Shown piece after piece: positions 1-10,618 of a DNA stretch of 64,000 nt. Where the stretch lies: positions 960,001-1,024,000 of the forward strand of contig BK006948.2 of the NCBI GenBank assembly GCA_000146045.2, in the 5' to 3' direction. The notes beneath the pieces are model-generated. The model was given only the letters and a program-made list of their open reading frames with translations. It made no database searches and was not told the DNA's origin. Position numbers and translations under genes: made by a program. The first letter of the stretch is position 1. Each line of letters opens with the position of its first letter. Source of the stretch: TPA_inf: Saccharomyces. Lineage: Eukaryota.

Positions 1-182
1 ACACCTTGCAAGGGATTTTCTAAATACATTGGTGCCAAAGAAACATAGAGAGCAATGGGAACACGCACTATACAGTTGGAAGTTCCATTTTTCTCATCAA
101 TTGGGTTTGTAACCTGTTTTTTGTGTTTCTTGATGAACCTTGCGGTTTCGCGGTTCTCATTGGCTCTTTTTACTTGTGACAT
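1..182 (-). CDS. RPA43: RNA polymerase I subunit A43, N-terminal 60 codons (partial; rest lies left of the window)
   Basis: Reverse complement of 182..1 translates to [61 protein letters not shown], which is the RPA43 N-terminus. ATG at 182..180 on the minus strand. Divergent to RPA190. Confidence 0.85.
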
Positions 183-344
183 AATCCACGTTTGTCTCTT
201 ATCTTTCTGATATTATTATATATAAGCAAAAAAACGAGGGAGTGTATAACGATAGTCCCTTCGGCTCTATTTTATTGTAAACCTCCACTACATTGTCATA
301 TTTGCGATGCCATTAGTATTTTATTGCAGAAAAATTTTTTTCAA

Positions 345-359
345 ACCACCCATACACCC
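345..359 (+). promoter_or_regulatory. Rap1-like ACCCATACACC motif in the shared RPA43/RPA190 divergent promoter
   Basis: The sequence accacccatacaccc resembles the Rap1 consensus ACACCCATACAYY. RRPE-like gaaaaattttt elements lie nearby at about 331-341 and 795-812, and poly(dA:dT) tracts at 771-820. Confidence 0.3.
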
Positions 360-986
360 TCATCGGAATCTTTTCATTTCAAAGCGACAGTAATATTTTC
401 TGTCAAGAATACACAAAGGATACACTTGCAGCTGGAATAAGCAAGATTCCACCAAGTTTCTTCTACCTGAAATACATCTATTACGGGGCCTTGATTAAAA
501 GTAACTTAACTTCGCAGTTAAATTTAACTTTACAAGAACGGCATATGATCAGATCGTATCCTTGCCCGCTATCGGAGGGTCTCAGAATTACATCTTATAC
601 TGTTTCGAGTTTCTTATGTCTCCTCTTATAGCTAAAATGATTTGAACTTAGAAATTATCGAGGATAGAAGTAAGGCGTTGCATTTCCTTATAACTATCGT
701 GTTTATTTTCTTAGTGGTGGTTCTTTTATTATTACCCGTTTTCTTCGGTAATATTTTATAGTGAAAAATTTTGGTAAAAAAAAAAAAAAAGAAAAAATTT
801 TTTTTATTTCAAATCTCATCTCATCTCTTAAAAAGGTTTATTCTGTTTACTCAAACTCTTCATCAAAAACAAAAGTACTGCGCTAATAATTCTGGTCTTA
901 GGTATCCATTAACTATACAGTGAACTTTATCCTTTTTCTGCTTTTTTTTTGCCGTACTTCGATTATAATCAAAGCCAGAAAGAAAA

Positions 987-3900
987 ATGGATATTTCTAA
1001 ACCGGTTGGTTCTGAAATCACATCCGTTGATTTCGGGATCCTAACAGCTAAAGAGATTAGAAATCTATCAGCAAAGCAAATTACCAATCCTACGGTTTTA
1101 GATAACTTAGGTCATCCAGTATCAGGCGGTTTATATGACTTAGCCTTAGGTGCATTCTTAAGGAATCTGTGTTCTACTTGTGGTTTGGATGAAAAATTCT
1201 GTCCAGGTCACCAAGGTCACATTGAATTACCTGTCCCTTGTTATAATCCATTGTTCTTTAACCAGCTATATATTTATTTGAGGGCATCATGTTTATTCTG
1301 TCATCATTTCCGTTTAAAGTCAGTAGAGGTTCATCGTTACGCATGTAAATTGAGATTGTTACAATACGGTTTGATAGACGAATCTTACAAACTAGATGAA
1401 ATAACTTTGGGCTCTCTTAATAGCAGTATGTACACTGACGACGAAGCTATTGAAGATAATGAGGATGAAATGGATGGTGAAGGAAGCAAGCAATCAAAGG
1501 ATATTTCCTCCACTCTCTTAAATGAACTGAAAAGTAAGCGTTCAGAATATGTTGACATGGCCATCGCTAAAGCTTTGTCAGACGGCAGAACTACTGAGAG
1601 AGGCTCTTTCACAGCTACTGTAAATGATGAACGAAAGAAATTGGTCCATGAGTTTCACAAAAAACTATTATCTAGAGGTAAGTGTGATAACTGTGGTATG
1701 TTTTCGCCAAAATTTAGAAAGGATGGTTTTACAAAAATCTTCGAAACTGCGTTGAATGAAAAACAAATTACAAATAACAGAGTAAAAGGTTTCATTCGTC
1801 AAGATATGATTAAGAAGCAAAAACAGGCTAAGAAATTGGACGGTTCTAACGAAGCATCTGCAAATGACGAAGAAAGTTTTGACGTTGGTAGAAATCCTAC
1901 CACCAGACCAAAAACCGGCTCAACATATATTTTATCTACTGAAGTGAAGAATATTCTGGACACTGTTTTCAGGAAGGAGCAATGTGTTTTACAATATGTT
2001 TTTCATTCGAGACCCAATTTATCAAGAAAATTGGTCAAGGCTGACTCTTTTTTTATGGATGTTCTTGTTGTGCCACCAACTAGATTCCGTTTGCCTTCCA
2101 AGCTTGGTGAAGAAGTTCATGAAAACTCTCAAAACCAATTGTTGTCCAAGGTTCTTACTACGTCATTATTAATTAGGGACTTAAATGATGATTTATCTAA
2201 GCTACAAAAGGACAAAGTTTCTTTGGAAGATAGAAGGGTGATCTTCAGTAGGTTAATGAATGCCTTTGTTACTATTCAAAATGACGTCAATGCTTTTATC
2301 GACTCTACCAAAGCACAAGGTAGAACCAGTGGTAAGGTTCCAATTCCTGGTGTTAAACAAGCACTGGAAAAGAAAGAAGGTTTATTCAGAAAACATATGA
2401 TGGGTAAGCGTGTTAACTATGCCGCTCGTTCTGTTATTTCTCCAGACCCAAATATCGAAACTAATGAAATTGGTGTCCCACCTGTTTTTGCTGTTAAATT
2501 GACTTATCCAGAACCAGTAACGGCTTATAACATAGCAGAGTTGCGTCAAGCTGTTATTAATGGCCCTGATAAATGGCCAGGTGCCACTCAAATACAGAAC
2601 GAAGATGGTTCTTTGGTCTCTTTGATCGGTATGTCTGTAGAGCAACGTAAGGCATTAGCTAACCAACTATTGACACCATCTTCAAACGTTTCTACTCATA
2701 CTTTGAATAAAAAGGTTTACCGTCACATCAAGAACAGAGATGTTGTTTTAATGAACCGTCAACCGACCTTACATAAAGCCTCCATGATGGGTCACAAAGT
2801 TAGGGTGTTACCAAACGAAAAGACTTTGAGATTACATTATGCTAATACAGGTGCTTATAATGCAGATTTCGATGGTGATGAAATGAACATGCATTTTCCA
2901 CAAAACGAAAATGCTAGAGCAGAAGCACTAAACTTAGCTAATACTGATTCTCAATACTTGACACCAACTTCTGGTTCTCCAGTTAGAGGTTTGATTCAAG
3001 ATCATATTTCTGCGGGTGTTTGGCTAACAAGTAAGGACAGTTTTTTCACCAGAGAACAATACCAGCAATATATTTACGGTTGCATCCGTCCTGAGGATGG
3101 TCATACCACAAGATCGAAGATCGTTACCTTACCTCCAACTATCTTCAAGCCATATCCATTATGGACAGGTAAACAAATCATCACAACAGTTTTGTTGAAT
3201 GTCACCCCTCCAGATATGCCTGGTATCAATTTAATTTCTAAAAATAAGATTAAAAACGAATATTGGGGCAAGGGATCTCTGGAAAACGAAGTTCTCTTCA
3301 AAGACGGCGCATTGCTATGTGGTATTTTAGATAAGTCACAATACGGTGCCTCTAAGTATGGTATTGTTCATTCATTGCATGAAGTTTATGGCCCAGAAGT
3401 CGCTGCTAAAGTCTTATCCGTCTTAGGTAGACTATTTACCAACTATATCACTGCCACGGCATTCACTTGTGGTATGGACGATTTACGTCTAACAGCAGAA
3501 GGTAATAAATGGAGGACTGACATCTTGAAGACGTCTGTTGATACAGGTCGTGAAGCCGCTGCAGAAGTTACTAATTTAGATAAAGACACGCCAGCAGATG
3601 ACCCAGAGTTATTAAAGAGGCTACAAGAAATACTGCGTGATAATAATAAGTCAGGTATTCTTGACGCTGTTACATCCTCCAAGGTCAATGCTATTACTTC
3701 TCAAGTCGTCTCCAAATGTGTTCCAGATGGTACTATGAAAAAGTTTCCATGCAATTCTATGCAAGCTATGGCACTTTCTGGTGCTAAAGGTTCTAACGTT
3801 AATGTTTCTCAAATTATGTGTTTGTTGGGTCAACAAGCTTTAGAAGGTAGAAGAGTGCCGGTAATGGTTAGTGGTAAAACTCTGCCTTCTTTCAAACCTT

Positions 3901-5981
3901 ATGAAACAGATGCCATGGCTGGTGGTTATGTTAAGGGTCGTTTCTACTCTGGTATAAAGCCACAGGAGTATTACTTCCATTGTATGGCTGGTCGTGAAGG
4001 TTTAATTGATACGGCCGTTAAAACATCTAGATCCGGTTATTTGCAACGTTGTCTAACAAAACAATTAGAAGGTGTTCACGTATCATACGATAACAGTATA
4101 AGAGATGCAGATGGTACGTTAGTGCAATTCATGTATGGTGGTGATGCCATCGATATAACCAAAGAATCACACATGACTCAATTCGAGTTCTGTTTAGACA
4201 ATTACTACGCATTATTGAAGAAATACAACCCATCAGCACTGATTGAACATTTGGATGTTGAATCAGCTTTGAAGTACTCTAAAAAGACTTTGAAATACAG
4301 AAAGAAGCATAGCAAGGAGCCTCATTACAAACAGTCTGTAAAATATGATCCTGTTTTAGCTAAGTATAATCCTGCCAAATACCTGGGTTCCGTTTCTGAG
4401 AACTTCCAAGATAAACTAGAATCTTTCTTAGACAAGAACTCTAAATTGTTCAAATCATCGGATGGTGTTAACGAAAAGAAGTTCAGGGCCTTGATGCAAT
4501 TGAAGTATATGCGTTCTCTAATTAATCCAGGTGAAGCTGTTGGTATTATTGCTTCACAATCTGTCGGTGAACCCTCAACACAGATGACATTGAATACCTT
4601 CCACTTTGCTGGTCACGGTGCCGCTAATGTGACACTAGGTATTCCTCGTTTAAGAGAAATTGTTATGACTGCCTCTGCTGCCATTAAAACTCCGCAAATG
4701 ACTTTGCCTATCTGGAATGATGTTTCTGATGAGCAAGCTGACACTTTCTGTAAGTCTATCTCAAAAGTCCTATTATCCGAAGTGATAGATAAAGTGATAG
4801 TCACTGAAACTACCGGTACTTCAAATACCGCTGGTGGAAATGCAGCTCGTTCGTATGTTATCCATATGAGATTCTTCGACAATAATGAATACAGTGAAGA
4901 ATACGATGTTTCTAAAGAAGAATTACAAAACGTCATATCTAATCAATTCATACACTTGCTAGAAGCTGCTATTGTAAAAGAAATCAAAAAACAAAAGAGA
5001 ACTACAGGACCAGACATTGGTGTTGCAGTACCAAGGCTACAGACAGATGTTGCAAATAGTTCTTCGAACTCTAAAAGGTTGGAAGAGGATAATGATGAAG
5101 AACAAAGTCATAAGAAAACTAAACAAGCGGTTTCGTATGACGAGCCAGATGAAGATGAAATTGAAACTATGAGAGAAGCTGAAAAGTCTTCTGACGAAGA
5201 AGGTATCGATTCCGATAAAGAAAGTGATTCTGACTCTGAGGACGAAGACGTTGACATGAATGAACAAATTAATAAGAGTATTGTGGAAGCTAACAATAAT
5301 ATGAACAAAGTGCAGCGTGATCGTCAATCAGCGATTATTTCTCATCATAGATTCATCACCAAATACAATTTCGATGATGAATCTGGTAAATGGTGTGAAT
5401 TTAAGCTAGAATTAGCAGCAGACACAGAAAAGTTGTTGATGGTTAATATTGTTGAAGAAATCTGTAGGAAGTCTATCATTAGACAGATTCCTCATATTGA
5501 CCGTTGTGTTCATCCAGAACCTGAAAACGGAAAACGTGTCCTTGTCACAGAAGGTGTTAATTTCCAAGCTATGTGGGATCAAGAGGCATTTATCGACGTT
5601 GATGGTATTACATCTAATGATGTTGCTGCTGTGTTGAAAACGTACGGTGTAGAAGCTGCTAGAAATACTATTGTGAATGAAATTAATAACGTCTTCTCTC
5701 GTTATGCTATTTCTGTTTCTTTCCGTCATTTAGACCTTATTGCTGACATGATGACCAGGCAAGGTACTTACTTAGCCTTTAACAGACAGGGTATGGAAAC
5801 ATCCACTTCATCTTTCATGAAGATGTCCTATGAAACTACATGTCAATTCTTGACCAAGGCTGTTCTAGATAATGAGCGTGAACAATTGGACAGTCCTTCC
5901 GCTAGAATTGTGGTGGGTAAATTGAACAATGTTGGTACGGGTTCATTTGATGTGTTAGCAAAGGTTCCAAATGCGGCTTAG
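987..5981 (+). CDS. RPA190: RNA polymerase I largest subunit A190
   Basis: 1664-aa ORF. N-terminal zinc-binding Cys/His clamp. Universal catalytic motif YNADFDGDEMNMHF. Bridge-helix and trigger-loop regions. Acidic, Ser-rich Pol I-specific insertion around aa 1350-1440. Protein length matches yeast Rpa190. Confidence 0.97.
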   Translation: MDISKPVGSEITSVDFGILTAKEIRNLSAKQITNPTVLDNLGHPVSGGLYDLALGAFLRNLCSTCGLDEKFCPGHQGHIELPVPCYNPLFFNQLYIYLRASCLFCHHFRLKSVEVHRYACKLRLLQYGLIDESYKLDEITLGSLNSSMYTDDEAIEDNEDEMDGEGSKQSKDISSTLLNELKSKRSEYVDMAIAKALSDGRTTERGSFTATVNDERKKLVHEFHKKLLSRGKCDNCGMFSPKFRKDGFTKIFETALNEKQITNNRVKGFIRQDMIKKQKQAKKLDGSNEASANDEESFDVGRNPTTRPKTGSTYILSTEVKNILDTVFRKEQCVLQYVFHSRPNLSRKLVKADSFFMDVLVVPPTRFRLPSKLGEEVHENSQNQLLSKVLTTSLLIRDLNDDLSKLQKDKVSLEDRRVIFSRLMNAFVTIQNDVNAFIDSTKAQGRTSGKVPIPGVKQALEKKEGLFRKHMMGKRVNYAARSVISPDPNIETNEIGVPPVFAVKLTYPEPVTAYNIAELRQAVINGPDKWPGATQIQNEDGSLVSLIGMSVEQRKALANQLLTPSSNVSTHTLNKKVYRHIKNRDVVLMNRQPTLHKASMMGHKVRVLPNEKTLRLHYANTGAYNADFDGDEMNMHFPQNENARAEALNLANTDSQYLTPTSGSPVRGLIQDHISAGVWLTSKDSFFTREQYQQYIYGCIRPEDGHTTRSKIVTLPPTIFKPYPLWTGKQIITTVLLNVTPPDMPGINLISKNKIKNEYWGKGSLENEVLFKDGALLCGILDKSQYGASKYGIVHSLHEVYGPEVAAKVLSVLGRLFTNYITATAFTCGMDDLRLTAEGNKWRTDILKTSVDTGREAAAEVTNLDKDTPADDPELLKRLQEILRDNNKSGILDAVTSSKVNAITSQVVSKCVPDGTMKKFPCNSMQAMALSGAKGSNVNVSQIMCLLGQQALEGRRVPVMVSGKTLPSFKPYETDAMAGGYVKGRFYSGIKPQEYYFHCMAGREGLIDTAVKTSRSGYLQRCLTKQLEGVHVSYDNSIRDADGTLVQFMYGGDAIDITKESHMTQFEFCLDNYYALLKKYNPSALIEHLDVESALKYSKKTLKYRKKHSKEPHYKQSVKYDPVLAKYNPAKYLGSVSENFQDKLESFLDKNSKLFKSSDGVNEKKFRALMQLKYMRSLINPGEAVGIIASQSVGEPSTQMTLNTFHFAGHGAANVTLGIPRLREIVMTASAAIKTPQMTLPIWNDVSDEQADTFCKSISKVLLSEVIDKVIVTETTGTSNTAGGNAARSYVIHMRFFDNNEYSEEYDVSKEELQNVISNQFIHLLEAAIVKEIKKQKRTTGPDIGVAVPRLQTDVANSSSNSKRLEEDNDEEQSHKKTKQAVSYDEPDEDEIETMREAEKSSDEEGIDSDKESDSDSEDEDVDMNEQINKSIVEANNNMNKVQRDRQSAIISHHRFITKYNFDDESGKWCEFKLELAADTEKLLMVNIVEEICRKSIIRQIPHIDRCVHPEPENGKRVLVTEGVNFQAMWDQEAFIDVDGITSNDVAAVLKTYGVEAARNTIVNEINNVFSRYAISVSFRHLDLIADMMTRQGTYLAFNRQGMETSTSSFMKMSYETTCQFLTKAVLDNEREQLDSPSARIVVGKLNNVGTGSFDVLAKVPNAA

Positions 5982-6665
5982 AAGCAGGCAAAAGGTCCCA
6001 TAATTATTACGATTTAATATTAGTTTATTTGAAGGAGAAGGTCAGAAGAAAAGAGAGAAAAATGCACAATGGGTAGCGCCATTAAAAAATACCTCTTTTG
6101 GTATTTGTCTGGTTTCCTATTTCTTCTTGCGCGTGTGTTATGTAAATTAAGAGAGCTAGGGTATTATAAAGTGCATCATCATCAAGCGGATATGTAACGC
6201 ATATACATTATATATGTGTAGTGAGTTCTTTATACCCTACAAATTTGATATTGTGTTTATTTATATATTGGCATTTTTTCTCGATTACGTGCTGGTATAT
6301 GTATACCTCATCTGTACATCCTAGACTAGACGCATTTTTTTTTCCAGGTACAAAGGCTATATTTGAAGGAACGGCCAATCACTGCAAGAGATAGCTGAAA
6401 TGTTATTTCAAAAAAGGCATGTATTTACCATGCAAATTTGGTATTGATAGAGCAGGAAATGTGCTTACAATGTAATAAGGTAGTTTGTCATTATTATGGT
6501 ACATAATTATGGAGCCTGTCAATGCTTATGCATTTATTTATGTATACAAATATATACATTTATAAATTTTCTTTTTTCTTTTTTTCGAAATTGTTCTTAG
6601 TGTCATTTGAATAGTGTTGTAGTTCGTTAGGTATGGACATTGATTTGGCCTTCTTCTTCGTGAAA

Positions 6666-7625
6666 CTAATCGCAGCGAGCCCTTTTAGGTCTCTCTGTTG
6701 AGCAGAAGGGGTTTTGTCTCTGTTGTGGTAGCTTTGATCGCATGATATTCTGGTCGTCACGTCTTCTTTGTTTTCTTTCCACTTTCGATATTGGGGACGC
6801 AAAGGACGTAAGTTTGCGACCCTTTTGCGAACCTAGGCCCCAATACATTTCATTTTTCTTGATTAATTCTTGATAGTTGATAAATCCTGTGACCCATAAG
6901 ATTTTTTCATCTCTTACCGTATCAGGAATTACTGCAATAGACTTAACGAATTGGAGGGCCTGGTAAACGTTGAAAGTTGGGTTTTCTTTCAATACGGTAG
7001 ACATCAGTAAACTTATCAAATTTTCATCGGTGCTGCCGTTTTCTGAGAGAACAAGTATGTTACTATTGGTATTCCCGCCTTGAGCGATAGAGTATTTGAA
7101 AATTGTAATTAGGTCGTTGAAGACTTGAAACTTCGCTTCGTTGGTAACTTGGAAAATATTTGTACGCGAGTATTCTGACTTATTACCATATAAAAGTTTA
7201 TCTAATATCGATACTGAGTCACTTGGATGGTCGAATTGAACATACGCATTTCTGTAATGAGATTCTGGTGGTGGAGTTAATGGTTCGCCGTGATTATTAA
7301 TACCGCTGAGAAAATCGAGATGATGGATCAATTGTTGCAAAAGGGAAGTGTTGTGCCAATGGAAGGAACGCACCAAATCGCTTTCTATTGGTATTTGAGA
7401 GTCATTGTCGATGTTGACAATTACTATTTCATGGGCAAACTTTGAGCGGACCTCATGATAGATATGTGATATTAGTTCAGTCGATAAATCAACGTTTATG
7501 AAAAACCTAATGTTATTTTCTACTAGGAAATCTGTATGCGTCAGTGAATGTACGGAGCCGAAAAATATGTGATTATCTAGCCTCTGAGGAATGCTTGAAT
7601 CATTAAGCTCCTCTAGAATAGTCAT
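6666..7625 (-). CDS. Uncharacterized protein YOR342C (319 aa; the ORF track extends it to 330 aa from an upstream in-frame ATG at 7658)
   Basis: 330-aa minus-strand ORF. Its second Met (MTILEELNDSS...) gives the 319-aa length that I recall for YOR342C. No recognisable catalytic motif. Confidence 0.8.
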   Translation of the reverse strand: MTILEELNDSSIPQRLDNHIFFGSVHSLTHTDFLVENNIRFFINVDLSTELISHIYHEVRSKFAHEIVIVNIDNDSQIPIESDLVRSFHWHNTSLLQQLIHHLDFLSGINNHGEPLTPPPESHYRNAYVQFDHPSDSVSILDKLLYGNKSEYSRTNIFQVTNEAKFQVFNDLITIFKYSIAQGGNTNSNILVLSENGSTDENLISLLMSTVLKENPTFNVYQALQFVKSIAVIPDTVRDEKILWVTGFINYQELIKKNEMYWGLGSQKGRKLTSFASPISKVERKQRRRDDQNIMRSKLPQQRQNPFCSTERPKRARCD

Positions 7626-8990
7626 TTTTTCTTTTCTATCGAAAAATGCAGGAAACAAGCTTGTATTTAGCGATGCTGTATTAATGTAAATTGGCTAATA
7701 GGGACGCCACTACCATAGATGAGCAATAGATTCGTAATATCAACCTCAAGAAAACTCATTAGGAGCAAGAAATGAAAAGTAAAAAAATGGTTGAAAGTAA
7801 AATCCATGCAATGAGATAAGGAAGAGAAAACTAATGAAAAAAATTTTTCAATTAAGGCATGGAAGGATCTTGAAATGAAGTGAAAGGAAAAATGGAAAAA
7901 CATGAAAAACTACACAAGCAAAGACCAGCATTATGGATGAAATTTTTTTTTTTTTTTCACGTCAGAAGTTAAGGCCATCTTTGAGTTCCAGGGTATCGCA
8001 TCTCAGGTCTTCCCACTTATGCTACGCATTCATGAAAATTTTTCAACTTTTTCTTTTGACCGTGGTGAAAGAAGATGCGCGTTTATGGGGAGAAAACCCG
8101 TAGAAAACGCGAAAAGCCGCTGAAAATACAAAGGGAAAAAGCCGCTCTCATTTCTTATTTAGGAAAAGAAATGAGCGGGGTAAACGGAGATCGCTGCGGA
8201 CGGAAGGCGCGAAATACCCACTGCCCTGAAGTCCAGCAGGTACTGAGGCTTGGATCTCAAAAGCGTGGGGTGCGTGGGCGTGCGCTGCTCGAGGCATTTT
8301 AGCCGCTGATAGTGCTGGCTCCAGGGGCCACTGCGCTTGCCATACCCGCACACGGGGTTCTTTGAGGCACTTAATTGACCGGAGATTTAAACGATATTGT
8401 CGTCGGGGATTAGAAGACATTACTGGTGGGGAACCCTTGATGATAATAGGAAATATATGCGCAGTATGCTCCATCGCTACGAGATGTTAGCAGCCTCAGA
8501 GCATCCTAATGGGAATATCAATGCATACACACCGGAGCTTGGATATGATAAACGAAATATTCTTGAATCGTGAGATCGCCTGTTTTCAAAACCGTTGGAG
8601 GCAGAAACAATTTTGTCACAAGATGGGCATTCTACCCCATCCTTGCTGTATTATTGTAGTCTCGCTTTCTTTTATGCTGGACAAATGAGACTACTGCACA
8701 TTTTTATACGTTCTTGGTTTTTTTTAAAGGTGTGGTTTCGGCATTATCCTGCCGCACGTTTCTTGGATAATTCATCCTGATTCTCTATTTTAAACGCTTC
8801 AGCCTATCAGGATTTGGTTTTGATACATACTGCAAGAGTGTATCTCGGGAACAGTCATTTATTCCGCAACAAACTTAATTGCGGAACGCGTTAGGCGATT
8901 TCTAGCATATATCAAATACCGTTCGCGATTTCTTCTGGGTTCGTCTCTTTTCTTTTAAATACTTATTAACGTACTCAAACAACTACACTT

Positions 8991-9302
8991 CGTTGTATCT
9001 CAGAATGAGATCCCTCAGTATGACAATACATCATTCTAAACGTTCGTAAAACACATATGAAACAACTTTATAACAAAGCGAACAAAATGGGCAACATGAG
9101 ATGAAACTCCGCGTCCCTTAGCTGAACTACCCAAACGTACGAATGCCTGAACAATTAGTTTAGATCCGAGATTCCGCGCTTCCATCATTTAGTATAATCC
9201 ATATTTTATATAATATATAGGATAAGTAACAGCCCGCGAATCAAGCTGGTAATCCGTTTTGACAGCTGGTTGCTTCCCCAAGACTGCTTATATTAGGATT
9301 GT
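8991..9302 (+). mobile_element. Ty3 sigma solo LTR, 5' ~310 bp (diverged), interrupted about 30 bp before its 3' end
   Basis: cgttgtatctcagaatgagat...cccaagactgcttatattaggattgt matches my recollection of the sigma consensus (TGTTGTATCTCAAAATGAGAT...CTAAGACTGTTTATATTAGGATTGT) at roughly 85-90% identity. The matching 3' tail reappears at 16359-16403. Confidence 0.7.
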
Positions 9303-10281
9303 TGAAAATATTGATTAACTTTTGTTAATTCCTACATACTCGGGGAAAGGTTCTAGTATATTCTGTATACCTAATCTTACAGTCTTTACTAATGGAATCC
9401 CAGGAATTATCAAAAAATTCACCTATCTTTCAAAATATTACTATTCACTCTGCTAAGATTATCGGAATAGGGACCAACTATCATCCGCTAATTACTGACA
9501 TTACCAAATGAGATCTGTGAATGGGCAAGATAAAAAACAAAAATTGAAATGTTTGACGTTATGTAAAACTATTAATTCCTTCGCTTTCGGCGGTCACAGA
9601 ATTTGCGTGTAGCTGACTCTTGTTCAATCAATATCATTTGTTACTTTATTTGAAAGTCTGTATTACTGCGCCTATTGTCATCCGTACCAAAGAACGTCAA
9701 AAAGAAACAAGATAATTTTTGTGCTTACACCATTTATAGATCACTGAGCCCAGAATATCGCTGGAGCTCAGTGTAAGTGGCATGAACACAACTCTGACTG
9801 ATCGCACATATTGCCGTTATCATAAATACTAGTTGTACTTGTCAATGCGACGAATGGCATCATGCCTATTATTACGTTCCTCTTTTTCCGTTTCATGTTT
9901 CCAGAATGCTATTGAATCTAACACTTCAATTATAAAAAAGAATAAATCCGCAATAATTTTAGGCTAATTGTTGTACTGTCAAGCGAACCTAATGGTTAAA
10001 ATTCAGAGGAACCTTCGACGTAGTCTGATCGCTACTTCTATATCTTATGTTCCCAGTCAATCAAAAGTTGATACTATAATAGCTGCCATTTATACCTGTT
10101 AGTTATGGCGATCGTTTATCACGACAAGCCCAATTTTGGTCGAGATGCAGCCAGTTGCCATCTATTGTTTCCAAAGCATTCGTTTGATTCGTATATGATA
10201 GGAAAACAAATTAAACGATGTATCAATTTGCTCATTCATCATAAATTGTGTTTGAGGCATTACTAAAAGAGCAGCAGATAT
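9303..10281. repeat. Unclassified LTR-like debris: a delta-like 3' end motif (about 9340-9420) followed by a delta-like 5' start motif (about 9455-9500) and about 0.8 kb of ORF-free sequence
   Basis: ggttctagtatattctgtatacctaat...taatggaatcccaggaattatc resembles a Ty1/Ty2 LTR end. ggaatagggaccaactatcatccgctaattact resembles an LTR start. No ORF of 60 aa or more in any frame. Confidence 0.4.
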
Positions 10282-10286
10282 CAGTC
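10282..10286. repeat. Left copy of the 5-bp target-site duplication (CAGTC) of the Ty2
   Basis: cagtc lies immediately 5' of the LTR start TGTTGG at 10287. An identical cagtc sits at 16246-16250, immediately 3' of the LTR end. Confidence 0.85.
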
Positions 10287-10618
10287 TGTTGGAATAAAAA
10301 TCAACTATCATCTACTAACTAGTATTTACGTTACTAGTATATTATCATATACGGTGTTAGAAGATGACGCAAATGATGAGAAATAGTCATCTAAATTAGT
10401 GGAAGCTGAAACGCAAGGATTGATAATGTAATAGGATCAATGAATATTAACATATAAAACGATGATAATAATATTTATAGAATTGTGTAGAATTGCAGAT
10501 TCCCTTTTATGGATTCCTAAATCCTCGAGGAGAACTTCTAGTATATCTACATACCTAATATTATAGCCTTAATCACAATGGAATCCCAACAATTACATCA
10601 AAATCCACATTGTCCACA
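10287..10618 (+). repeat. Ty2 5' LTR (delta-type, 332 bp)
   Basis: Begins TGTTGG and ends CCACA. The TYA ATG at 10578 lies inside the LTR, as in Ty1 and Ty2. Confidence 0.9.

Noticed and set aside
192-440. 82-aa ORF inside the RPA43/RPA190 divergent promoter
   Set aside because: It sits over promoter motifs and poly(dA:dT) sequence and has low-complexity composition. It is very unlikely to be a gene.
4613-5729. Several 60-107 aa minus-strand ORFs inside RPA190, and similar antisense ORFs inside REV1, PUT4, PYK2, SOG2, PIP2 and other genes
   Set aside because: Antisense ORFs of this size are expected by chance within long AT-rich coding regions. None shows a recognisable domain.
8148-8474. 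108-aa minus-strand ORF, with overlapping 75-aa plus-strand and 64-aa minus-strand ORFs, in the GC-rich island
   Set aside because: They overlap one another on both strands, have a biased Arg/Pro/Ala composition driven by GC content, and carry no domain signature. They behave like a dubious ORF (the YOR343C position). Kept as a finding about the DNA itself, not as a gene.
8991-9302. Possibility that the interrupted LTR is Ty4 tau rather than Ty3 sigma
   Set aside because: The termini (cgTTGTATCTCAgAATGAGAT... and ...CTCGAGCCCGTAATACAACA) and the 17-bp distance to the tRNA fit sigma, while tau has no such strict spacing. Not fully excluded without an alignment.
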